DNA of 24,285 nt from an uncultured Methanosarcinales archaeon (lineage in GTDB: Archaea; Nanobdellota; Nanobdellia; Woesearchaeales; GW2011-AR4), in NCBI GenBank assembly GCA_964623945.1, contig CAZUWB010000001.1, forward strand, positions 1 to 24,285. The letters are read 5' to 3'. Each line of letters begins with the position of its first letter. Position 1 is the first letter of the stretch. Below are positions 1 to 8,914 of the stretch, in pieces. Made by a program: the position numbers and the translations under genes. The notes under the pieces were generated by a model, which ran no database searches, was not told the DNA's origin, and saw only the letters and a program-made list of their open reading frames with translations.

Positions 1-56
1 ACCTTATATCAATTAAAATCTTAAGGTTCTGCTCCAAATCAGGAAGCAATGGATTT

Positions 57-185
57 TCAGGCAAGAATAAGTCCTACTCCAAGCGGATGCACTATATAAG
101 CAGTCTGTTTTCCTTTTCTTTTCTGGCCCTGATGAGCAAGAATTGCTGTTTTTATTGCCTTCTGTATTTTTTTTGAGTAAATCAT
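57..185 (-). pseudogene. Truncated HD-domain (Mesh1/SpoT-like (p)ppGpp hydrolase) gene fragment, 42 aa
   Basis: Manual translation: MIYSKKIQKAIKTAILAHQGQKRKGKQTAYIVHPLGVGLILA*. The AH-x-GQ-x-RK...YI-x-HP motif is the N-terminus of HD_4/Mesh1 hydrolases. TGA at 57-59 comes before the catalytic HD motif, and no other frame continues it within the window. Confidence 0.75.
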
Positions 186-229
186 ACTTACAAAATATGT
201 CCTAAGGTAGAGTATATTAAATTTTTGTC

Positions 230-3200
230 TTATTTGATATTAGTTAATTTTATTCTTTGTTCAACTAATCTATCAATCTCCTGAGAATCAATACTTCCAT
301 CTTCTCCATCTTGAGAGATTATTAATTGTGGATAATATCCATTTTCTTTGTACCATCGAAGTTTTCTGTCCCATGACTTCTTATACGAGTCCACAGATAA
401 CATTCCCAGATGTTCCCAATAAAATTCCGTAGAATTGATCATAAAAGTAAAATCCGGTAATTTGTAATCATAGGGATTATTTTTGGACACAAGCTTTTTC
501 TCATAGTTTTTCTCTGAGAGTTGAATTCCTGCTTTAATTAAAGCATTTGCAATAATAACCTCTGATTTTGATCTTACTAAAAATCCTGAACTAGTTTTAT
601 GAATTCTGTTTTCAGCATAAGGAATATCTGAGATATCATCTCTAACAGCCAGAGTAAATAAATAAGTATTTCTATTGTCAGTTTCAGAGCTACTTGCATG
701 TCTATATTTTTGTAGGGTGTCAATTCCCTTTTGTAATAGTAAAAAAGTTTTTTTCTTAAATCTGGTTAGGGCAGTATACATCATCTCCATTGAAAGATTA
801 TATGTTCCTTCAGGAATAATTAAGATAACATTTTCAAAGTCACTGCCTTGTGATTTATGTATAGTTATTGCATAAGCAAGATCCAGATTAAATTCTACGC
901 TTTGCTCCTTGCCTCCATTATAATAAGTATACCAATATTCTGATTGGTCTGAGAATCTTACATTTAATCTATCTTTAAATCCGTAAGGAGATTTTACTAT
1001 TCCAATCTCTCCATTAGCCACATATTTGTCAGGATTGTCTGGATAGCATTCAAGTTTCCTCGTATTAATGTTCTGTATAACTTTATCTTCATGAATAATA
1101 TCCTTAGTTTCTCCAAATGGTTTCGGAAATGATAGTCCTTTGCCATAATATCCACCCCTTCTCCATTTTTCAAGGGTTTTTCCTAAGAACTTGTTTTGAA
1201 GATAATTGTTTATTGAACCAGTGCCACAAATTTCTTTTTGCTTTACTGGACTTAAAACTTGCCAAGATTCACATTTTTTGGCATCCCAATTGCTAGAAAT
1301 ACCAACACTTTCTTTATAAGTGTCATAATCATTAATTCCTAATTTATTTAATGCTTTATCAAGTTGGCTATAGAGTTCTTCTAGTGTATCCCAAAAATAC
1401 ACAGATAAATCATCATTTTCGATGATCTTTTCTTCATTAATGAGACAATAAATTTCCTCAATATCCTTTGATTTAAAATCTCTTAGAAATCCATCAGCCA
1501 ATTGTAAGCAAAGACTATCTTTTTTCTTTTGTCTAACTCTTTCTTTTAAGACTGCTAAATTATTATAATAATTTTCATTATTTTTAAGCCATCTAATAAT
1601 ATCATCAAAAGGTCTTCCTGGTCCAATAGGAGGGAGTTGATTTGGATCTCCAACTAATATGAATCGGGATACATTAGTGAAGTCAATAGACCTTATAAGT
1701 GTGGCAAACAAATCCTCTGCTAACATAGAACATTCGTCAATAATTATTGTCCTTGCAAAAGTTTTTTCTCCTCCCTCAAACTTAAAATTAAAGCTATCAT
1801 CCAACCAACCAAGTAAGTTTAGATGCTGATGAATTGTTTTTGCTTCTAAATTAGGGATATTTAGGGTTTTATTTATTCTAACCCTGGCTTTGCCTGTTGG
1901 TGCAAGAATCAAGAAATCTTTTGCCTTTTGTTTCTCACTCTCTATTAGACCTTCAATTAAAATATTCAATACTTCTGTTTTTCCTGTTCCAGCCTTTCCA
2001 GTTAGGATTGAAAATTTTTTAGAAAACAAAATATTAAGTGCATTTGTTTTTTCAATTCGTGCAATTTTCTCAGTTTCGATACCCAACTCGGAATCCGCAA
2101 CAGCTCCAAATCTTTTATTCATAATTGTTTCCCAATTAGGTATGCTTTTATTGTATTCATTTCCTTCTATTAATTCTTTGATTTTGACTGCGATAGTTCT
2201 TTCATAATCTCTTATATATTTTAATGCAACAAAATCAGTATTTTCACCTATAAATTCTATACATTCTTCATAGAATTTTCTATTACTGTTAATCAGATAA
2301 GGATCAGGTATGCAAGTTCTTTCTTCGGGAAATCTCTCCCTTATTTTAAGTAATATATCATGTAAACTTAATAAGGAATCACCTTCACTGGCCGCTTCCT
2401 TTAAGGTTTCTATCATTAAGGCTCTTACTCTTCTATCATCGTCTAATTTATATTTTTCAGGAAGATAAAAAGAAGGGATCATTGCTTGGTCTATTATGTC
2501 GAATGGTATTCTTTCTGATTTTATCTCACCTTTTCTGGTTAATAATCCCTTATCTAGCTCTGCTATTAAATAAGGATTATTTACCAATTCAATTTCAGAG
2601 AAATTAAGTCCAGATTCGATTCTTAATTCTTTTTTAATTAATCGTTCAATTTGGTCTTCTGATATTTCTAATCTCATTAATAGTTCCAGAAATTTTCTTA
2701 TATTCTTATCTTTTGAATAGGCTCTCCATTTGATATAAGCATACTCAAAATCTCTTTTATAGTTATTTTCTGCAACTTTTTTGCCATCAAGAATGTCTAA
2801 TGTATGTTGTAATACATTCTCGTTATCCTGCTCCAGATTATAAAGAACTTCCTTTTGATAAGATAGTCCTTTGGTAAAACCTAAGAAATTAAGAACGCAT
2901 CCTATTCCGGGATATTGGCCTCTATTTTTCCATAACTCTTGCATTAGAGATTGTATCCATTTTTTACGCTTATTCCAATCTTCTTTTAATTTTATTCTTC
3001 CTTCTAACAAATCTTTTTCAATATTATCTATTATCTTACTTAATTGTTCCACGATAACTAGTAAACTACTATCAGACACATGTTCAGTAACATACTTAAA
3101 CTGCCTTTCAAAGTCACGAGGGGCAGTTAAAACTATATGTTTTGGATCAAGTCCTTGTTCCAAATATTCTTGATATGGTAATCTAAAGCCTTCTGCTGGA

Positions 3201-3847
3201 AAATTATGAGTTACCATCCTCTGCCATACTGGATTTGGATCTGGGCGTTTATCGCTAGAACCGTAGAATCTAATTTTTCCTTTTTTGAGAACTCTTCCTA
3301 TTCCTATTATTATTCTTTTTGTATCTTCCTCTACTGGTGCTGAATTGACATAAAAGACAACTATTGATTTTTTTTCTTCTATCTTATCCCAAAAGGCGTT
3401 TAGTAATTTCTCTTGAAGTCTAACGTCTCCTATCCAAGAACCACTTTTATCCTGTGGAGATAAATCCCTGAGTTGCAGTTTTTCCTTTTCTCTAATTTTA
3501 TTATATTCTGCGTATTGAAACCAACGATAAGGTGCTGGACAAAATGTATAAGGTGTGAACGTTTCAGGCAGTGGTGGAACATTCCAATTTTCAATCGGAT
3601 GTGTAAATGTAATGGGATATGTATGATCTGAAAAGATGCCTATCTCTGCTTTACATGGTGGATCATAATCTTCCTCTTTAAAATTTGATAGTGATTGATC
3701 TTTATGCTTTATTTCAATTAACTCGTTTTTGTTTTCTCTTATATGAGGTAAAGATGTACAGTATTTATTTTTTTGAGGACTTTTACATATTTTACCATTC
3801 CAACCAGAGTCATGCCAACTCAATCTAACTGATAAGTGTGTGATCAT
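230..3847 (-). CDS. RecD2-like SF1B helicase with a ~300-aa Cys/His-containing N-terminal domain and a C-terminal PD-(D/E)xK-like nuclease domain (1205 aa)
   Basis: Helicase motifs: GKAGTGKT (I), LAPTGKA (Ia), IIIDECSM (II), LVGDPNQLPPIGPG (III), LAYAITIHKSQGS (V), YTALTR (VI). The NPYLIAE...RRVRAL...EGDSLL segment resembles the RecD2 helical region. The C-terminus RSKSEVIIANAL...PDF...YWEHLG resembles an REase/Vsr-type fold. Confidence 0.85.
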   Translation of the reverse strand: MITHLSVRLSWHDSGWNGKICKSPQKNKYCTSLPHIRENKNELIEIKHKDQSLSNFKEEDYDPPCKAEIGIFSDHTYPITFTHPIENWNVPPLPETFTPYTFCPAPYRWFQYAEYNKIREKEKLQLRDLSPQDKSGSWIGDVRLQEKLLNAFWDKIEEKKSIVVFYVNSAPVEEDTKRIIIGIGRVLKKGKIRFYGSSDKRPDPNPVWQRMVTHNFPAEGFRLPYQEYLEQGLDPKHIVLTAPRDFERQFKYVTEHVSDSSLLVIVEQLSKIIDNIEKDLLEGRIKLKEDWNKRKKWIQSLMQELWKNRGQYPGIGCVLNFLGFTKGLSYQKEVLYNLEQDNENVLQHTLDILDGKKVAENNYKRDFEYAYIKWRAYSKDKNIRKFLELLMRLEISEDQIERLIKKELRIESGLNFSEIELVNNPYLIAELDKGLLTRKGEIKSERIPFDIIDQAMIPSFYLPEKYKLDDDRRVRALMIETLKEAASEGDSLLSLHDILLKIRERFPEERTCIPDPYLINSNRKFYEECIEFIGENTDFVALKYIRDYERTIAVKIKELIEGNEYNKSIPNWETIMNKRFGAVADSELGIETEKIARIEKTNALNILFSKKFSILTGKAGTGKTEVLNILIEGLIESEKQKAKDFLILAPTGKARVRINKTLNIPNLEAKTIHQHLNLLGWLDDSFNFKFEGGEKTFARTIIIDECSMLAEDLFATLIRSIDFTNVSRFILVGDPNQLPPIGPGRPFDDIIRWLKNNENYYNNLAVLKERVRQKKKDSLCLQLADGFLRDFKSKDIEEIYCLINEEKIIENDDLSVYFWDTLEELYSQLDKALNKLGINDYDTYKESVGISSNWDAKKCESWQVLSPVKQKEICGTGSINNYLQNKFLGKTLEKWRRGGYYGKGLSFPKPFGETKDIIHEDKVIQNINTRKLECYPDNPDKYVANGEIGIVKSPYGFKDRLNVRFSDQSEYWYTYYNGGKEQSVEFNLDLAYAITIHKSQGSDFENVILIIPEGTYNLSMEMMYTALTRFKKKTFLLLQKGIDTLQKYRHASSSETDNRNTYLFTLAVRDDISDIPYAENRIHKTSSGFLVRSKSEVIIANALIKAGIQLSEKNYEKKLVSKNNPYDYKLPDFTFMINSTEFYWEHLGMLSVDSYKKSWDRKLRWYKENGYYPQLIISQDGEDGSIDSQEIDRLVEQRIKLTNIK

Positions 3848-3855
3848 CTTAGTTA

Positions 3856-6033
3856 CTAAGTATCGATTATCATTAAATCTCTAGTTTCATTTCTAATCTC
3901 TCTATCATTTGGATAAATTTTTGCTTTCTTAACTAAACTGTTAAGGTGCTTTTTAACTGAATCGAATGTGAAGTAAAGTTGGTCTTTCTTAAGAGATTTT
4001 AATATTTCCTTAGGAAAATTATCCTTATTAACTATTTGATCTAAATTTCCTTGATAAAATGATGCTAATTTTATCAATTCTTCTCTATTTATGCAAGCCA
4101 CTTGACATTTTTTTAGATTCGACTTAGCTTTTGAATATATTAATTGATTTTTCAGTTCACCTGCAACCATTGCGAAATCATTTTTGCTAGTATTTGATGT
4201 TACAAAAATGTAAAAGTTAAGGTTACCAAATTTTGAGATAATTCTATTATTATTAAATGATTCCATATATTTTATATCTTTCTTTAGACCGTTTCTTTTA
4301 ATATACTTCAAAAGTGAAGTTTTAAGATACCTTTTAGAATCCCACAAACTGTACTTAACTTTTGAATATTTAACTCCAAAAGAACCATCTGCTAGGTTTG
4401 GGCCACCCCACCTTTGAGAGTTTGGAAAGATTAAGTTAAATATACCAAATATGATGAGTTCAAATTCTTGGTGAGGATAATTTCCTTGAATTAATCTCTT
4501 TAAGCATTCTTTAAAAGAGGCTATTTTAAGTTCATGCGCTTTGATATGAATATTCTTTAACATATCTAATAATAATTGGTAATTATTATTGATTAATGAA
4601 TGTATTAGTTGATAAGAATCAATACTTTGAAAATTAGCTAAAGTTGAAATCACCTGACCTTTCAAGTTTACTATTATAATAGGTAGACCTAATAATTCCA
4701 ATTCCTGAATTTTATTTGCGGTCAATCCTTTCCGGTTTAAAAGTATATAGTAGTATTTGCCATCTTTAGATAGCCTTAATAAGCTAGAATCATTAAACCC
4801 CATGTACCCTTTTCTCATTCTTTTAGAAGTAAAACCTGCATGTTTTACCCCAGAAGATAACATGCTCAATATTTTAATATGATTTAATTTTAAATCATAA
4901 TAATCTGTATGTTTAACATTTGATTCTTGCCCACAACTGCATAATTTATTTTTCATTCCTCTCAATATTCTATTTTTGCATTGAGAGTTTTGACAATGGT
5001 AAAGGTAGACATTTTTAACGGATATTAGTTTAAACTTCTCTAATTTAGTTATGTGATTCTTAAAATAAGGATTAAAGTAATCAGCTTTTGTAATAAATTC
5101 ATTATGAGTGACTATTTTTATTATTTTATCTTCCTCTATTTTATCAAAAATTAGAATTTCATTCTTGATATAATTTTGAATATTTGGTGGTAATTGGTTA
5201 ACTTGATTTTCGGGTGCAGTCAATAGTATATTAACATTGTCTGCGTCACTTTTTCTCTTTTCAAAAGTTAAAGTAACTGGATTTCCTTGTTTGTACGATA
5301 TACGTAAATGACTTATATCATAAATGGATAAATTCTTGTTTTCATTTAACCAATCTTGTAATTGTTTAAGGTAGAACTTACCTTCGCCTTTTCTTGAAAC
5401 TATTATTACTTTATCACTTTCACCATACAAAGTATGTCTTAAGCCTATCTCATAAATTTTTATTTCTCTATCAGATAATAATTTTGATAATTCAAGATTA
5501 TTATATTCTTGCTTATTTAGGTCATTTATTTTATATTTAAGTTTTGATCTAAACCACCATAAGATTTTATCAACCATATATCTTTCCGCATTAATGATAC
5601 GTAAGTTTTGATTTTCATTATCTATATAAACTCCAAAATAGTTATCAGTAACAAATTCATTTGCCTTGGTTTTGCGACTTTGATAATTATTAGAATTTCT
5701 TATTTTACAAATGTTGATTAAGAAATTTTTACCGTACTTATCAATCCGATGAATCTTATAATATTTCTTTTTATTCTTGGGATTGAAGAAAATTTCCAAT
5801 GATTTTTGTAATCTTTTCTTACCAATCCTTCTTGGAATAATTTTCCTTGTCTTAACAAACTTATTATTCTCAATCTGATAAATGATGTGCGTATTGATAA
5901 TATTCCAAAAACTTGGTTTTGAAAGTAAATCTATGTTTACTGAAGATATTTTGTAGATTTTTACAAAATCTGCTAATTCACCTTCAAAACCTATTCGATT
6001 GAAGGCATCTTTTATTTCTGATTGTCGAATCAA
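3856..6033 (-). CDS. Hypothetical 725-aa protein with a central Cys4 Zn-binding motif and a C-terminal restriction-endonuclease-like PD-(D/E)xK domain
   Basis: TTG start with GGGGTG RBS 7 nt upstream. CQNSQC-x12-CSC at 4933-4995. EFE...GGPNLADG...WDSK at about 4333-4466 fits the E...DG...DxK REase signature. Stop lies 8 nt from the helicase start. Confidence 0.65.
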   Translation of the reverse strand: MIRQSEIKDAFNRIGFEGELADFVKIYKISSVNIDLLSKPSFWNIINTHIIYQIENNKFVKTRKIIPRRIGKKRLQKSLEIFFNPKNKKKYYKIHRIDKYGKNFLINICKIRNSNNYQSRKTKANEFVTDNYFGVYIDNENQNLRIINAERYMVDKILWWFRSKLKYKINDLNKQEYNNLELSKLLSDREIKIYEIGLRHTLYGESDKVIIVSRKGEGKFYLKQLQDWLNENKNLSIYDISHLRISYKQGNPVTLTFEKRKSDADNVNILLTAPENQVNQLPPNIQNYIKNEILIFDKIEEDKIIKIVTHNEFITKADYFNPYFKNHITKLEKFKLISVKNVYLYHCQNSQCKNRILRGMKNKLCSCGQESNVKHTDYYDLKLNHIKILSMLSSGVKHAGFTSKRMRKGYMGFNDSSLLRLSKDGKYYYILLNRKGLTANKIQELELLGLPIIIVNLKGQVISTLANFQSIDSYQLIHSLINNNYQLLLDMLKNIHIKAHELKIASFKECLKRLIQGNYPHQEFELIIFGIFNLIFPNSQRWGGPNLADGSFGVKYSKVKYSLWDSKRYLKTSLLKYIKRNGLKKDIKYMESFNNNRIISKFGNLNFYIFVTSNTSKNDFAMVAGELKNQLIYSKAKSNLKKCQVACINREELIKLASFYQGNLDQIVNKDNFPKEILKSLKKDQLYFTFDSVKKHLNSLVKKAKIYPNDREIRNETRDLMIIDT

Positions 6034-6040
6034 TTGTTTG

Positions 6041-6081
6041 CACCCCTTATTAGTAATAAATATCAGAACAACTATTTAAAT
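6041..6081 (-). promoter_or_regulatory. Archaeal-type TATA box (TTTAAATA) and RBS (GGGGTG) for the REase-helicase operon
   Basis: TTTAAATA at 6081-6074 and GGGGTG at 6046-6041, upstream of the TTG at 6033. Confidence 0.55.
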
Positions 6082-6127
6082 ATGTACCATAAAAACCTCT
6101 TTTTAATACTAGTATGTATTAACTAAG

Positions 6128-7483
6128 TCAATGTGCAACTAGTACAACTTCTTCTTTAGGTTGAAAAGCTTCTCTTAGAACCGTTTCCATTAATAATTCT
6201 GAATTCTTCTGATTTTCTTTAATTTTCTGTTCCAATTCATCACAAAATTTCATTAATTGGTCAACTTTTTCAACAATACGTTTCTGTTCAGAAAGTGGAG
6301 GTAAGGGTACAGTTAGCAACCTTAATTTGCCAAGACTGGTTCTTTGTCTGGTCATACCAGTTGCTTTAGCAACCACTAAATTTCTTATGATTTCAGAGTT
6401 TAATAAATATTTGATATATTCTTTAGATACTAATTTATGTGGCTTAAACTTAACACAATCTGAACATAGCACATATCTATTATGCAAATTTGGGATTATT
6501 GTAGTCCTTGCAACAGGAGCCATCTTTGCGATAACTAATTCGCCAGGATAGGCATTACATCGAATTAATTCATCCGCTTTCTTTTCAGAAGTGTATACAT
6601 TTTTTCCTTCTTTCCAGAATCCTTCACCTATATTCTGTAATTGGATGATTCTTATACCATTTTCGATATAATGCTCTCTTTTCAGATTACTTCCAAAGGG
6701 ACCATCTACAAAAGAATAATTCTCTGGTGCAGATAGATTAGCTAACCTAACCCATTCCCATCCCTTAGGCAGTTTATAGGGTATTTCTTCTCCAGAGATT
6801 GGAGGTAATTCTTTTTCTTTTTTGATCTTACCTTCTTTGAAAAGTTTCTCTTTTTCAGTCTTTATTCTCCTTAACAATTCTGTGGCTGGTTCATCTTTTG
6901 GGTATTGAGATACAAGTTTTCCCTGAACAGCTTCTTGGAGAATCGATTCACGTAACTTTTGGATTAAATTGGAATCGCCTTTAAGATTATTATATACTTC
7001 ATCTTTATTTAAAAAAATAGATTTGAGTTTCTTTACAATAATCTTTTGTTCCTCTATTCCACAGTAAGGGATCATAATCTTCAATATGTCTTTGGGTCGT
7101 ATTGCAGCATAATTCGTGGAACCTTGAGCCTTAATTTGGGAGAAGAATAAGTCTGTCTTTAGAATCAATCCCAAATAATCAACTAGCAATTTGGTAGTTT
7201 CAATATCGAAAAGGAAATAGTGGCTGCTTACTATTGCGCCGTCCAAGTCTTTGGGCACAATACCATACCCACCAACTTTAGCATCGATTTCAGCTACTAG
7301 TAATTGATTAAACCTACATATTTGTTGTTTCTTTGTCTTAATTTCATTGCTTTTTACTTCATCCCTTAATACAGCACCTTTTCTATGAAGTTTTAATGTC
7401 ACTCTTTTATAAGTTTCTTTATCATTTATAGTAATAAAATCGTTCTTATACTTGACAAATTCAGATAAAGGTAGCAATTCCAT
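6128..7483 (-). CDS. hsdS: Type I restriction-modification specificity subunit (EcoAI/type IB-like)
   Basis: Two TRDs; conserved EEQK-x-IV, SILQEAVQGKL and EPATELLRRIK...LPKGWEWVRL spacer; PLPPLSEQKRIV; directly follows hsdM. Confidence 0.95.
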   Translation of the reverse strand: MELLPLSEFVKYKNDFITINDKETYKRVTLKLHRKGAVLRDEVKSNEIKTKKQQICRFNQLLVAEIDAKVGGYGIVPKDLDGAIVSSHYFLFDIETTKLLVDYLGLILKTDLFFSQIKAQGSTNYAAIRPKDILKIMIPYCGIEEQKIIVKKLKSIFLNKDEVYNNLKGDSNLIQKLRESILQEAVQGKLVSQYPKDEPATELLRRIKTEKEKLFKEGKIKKEKELPPISGEEIPYKLPKGWEWVRLANLSAPENYSFVDGPFGSNLKREHYIENGIRIIQLQNIGEGFWKEGKNVYTSEKKADELIRCNAYPGELVIAKMAPVARTTIIPNLHNRYVLCSDCVKFKPHKLVSKEYIKYLLNSEIIRNLVVAKATGMTRQRTSLGKLRLLTVPLPPLSEQKRIVEKVDQLMKFCDELEQKIKENQKNSELLMETVLREAFQPKEEVVLVAH

Positions 7484-7484
7484 A

Positions 7485-8912
7485 TTATAGCTCCTTTTTG
7501 AGATTCTCCAAAATGGTGATATTCTTATTCATTGACGTTTCTAAAAGATTTATAATCTGCTTGCTTGTCAAATTTCTGGTTTGATCTATATTATTCGGGT
7601 TATTTATATCAAGATTATAATTCCTTTTTTTAATCTCGTCAATCTTAACTTTCCAACAGTTTTCTTTAAACTTCTTACTCTCTCTATTAGTCCACCATTC
7701 TTTCTCTAGATTGAATTCACTAATACTGATAGGTTTAGTCTTGTTATAGGTTTTATACCCTTCTGGTAAAGGATGTTCAAAATACCATATCTCTTTTGTG
7801 GATTTTCCTTTTTCAAAAAATAATAAATTGGTTCTTATACCTGTGTAAGGACTAAAGACTCCATTTGGCAGTCTAATAATAGTATGTAAATTAAATTCAG
7901 ATAGAAGCTTCTCCTTAATCCTTGTTTTAATCCCTTCACCAAATAGAAATCCATCAGGTAGGACAATCCCACATCTCCCTTCTTCCTTTAGCAGCTTCAT
8001 AATTAACAATAGGAACAAGTCCGCTGTTTCTCTTGTTCTATAAGAAGCTGGGAAATTCTGCTCAACTCCTGGTTCTTCTGCTCCTCCGAATGGTGGATTT
8101 GTTACTACAACGTCAACCATATCGGAAGGACCATAATCAACCAGTGGCCTAGCAAGTGAATTATCATGCCTAATATTAGGCAATTCAATATCATGTAGTA
8201 TCATATTTGTAGTACAGAGCAAATGGGGTTGAGGTTTTTTCTCAACTCCATTTATACTTTTTTGGAGTTTTTTCCAGTCATTGTCAGTTTTAACCTCTTT
8301 TTTCATATTATTTATCGTACAAACCAAGAAACCTCCTGTACCACATGCAGGATCTAGTACTTTTTCTTTCAACTTAGGATTGACCATATCTACTATAAAT
8401 TGGGTCACAGCTCTAGGTGTGTAATATTCACCTGCATTACCTGCACTTTGTAAATCGGACAAAATCTTTTCATATAAGTCATTAAACAGATGTCTATCCT
8501 CAGTTTTATTAAAATCAATATCATTTAATTTATTGATTACCTGCCTAATTAGAGTACCCGATTTCATAAAATTATAAGCATCTTCAAAGATTTCTTTTAC
8601 TATAAAGCCCTTGGGATTATCCTCTTTAGAAACATTGAGGCTTTTAAGAGTCTTGAACATATCATTAATGAAATCAAGTAATTGTTCGCCAGTTATGCCC
8701 TCTTTGTTAGTAGCCCAATTTCTCCAGCGATATTTCTTTGGAATTATTGATTCATAATCATCATCTTCCAATTCCCATTCCTTTTCTTTGTCATCATAGA
8801 TCTTAAGGAAAATCATCCATACTAATTGAGATATTCTTTGAGCATCACCATCTACGCCAGCATCCTGCCGCATTATATCTTGAATTGATTTTATAGTATT
8901 GGATATTGACAT
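7485..8912 (-). CDS. hsdM: Type I RM N6-adenine methyltransferase subunit
   Basis: N-terminus IKSIQDIMRQDAGVDGDAQR (EcoAI-type), GEYYTPR, motif I VLDPACGTGGFL, motif IV TNPPF. Confidence 0.97.
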   Translation of the reverse strand: MSISNTIKSIQDIMRQDAGVDGDAQRISQLVWMIFLKIYDDKEKEWELEDDDYESIIPKKYRWRNWATNKEGITGEQLLDFINDMFKTLKSLNVSKEDNPKGFIVKEIFEDAYNFMKSGTLIRQVINKLNDIDFNKTEDRHLFNDLYEKILSDLQSAGNAGEYYTPRAVTQFIVDMVNPKLKEKVLDPACGTGGFLVCTINNMKKEVKTDNDWKKLQKSINGVEKKPQPHLLCTTNMILHDIELPNIRHDNSLARPLVDYGPSDMVDVVVTNPPFGGAEEPGVEQNFPASYRTRETADLFLLLIMKLLKEEGRCGIVLPDGFLFGEGIKTRIKEKLLSEFNLHTIIRLPNGVFSPYTGIRTNLLFFEKGKSTKEIWYFEHPLPEGYKTYNKTKPISISEFNLEKEWWTNRESKKFKENCWKVKIDEIKKRNYNLDINNPNNIDQTRNLTSKQIINLLETSMNKNITILENLKKEL

Positions 8913-8914
8913 TT

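Noticed and set aside
675-3173. Plus-strand ORFs 675..875, 1890..2207 and 2871..3173
   Set aside because: Antisense shadows of the helicase gene, with no motifs or RBS
6047-6122. AT-only palindromes TTATTA-G-TAATAA and TTAATAC-N6-GTATTAA between hsdS and the 725-aa gene
   Set aside because: Weak stems in very AT-rich DNA that do not match each other; cannot distinguish from background
6128-7483. Prediction of the HsdS recognition sequence, or of phase-variable TRD inversion repeats
   Set aside because: Specificity cannot be read from sequence by eye; only one hsdS copy is present, with no flanking invertase or long inverted repeats seen
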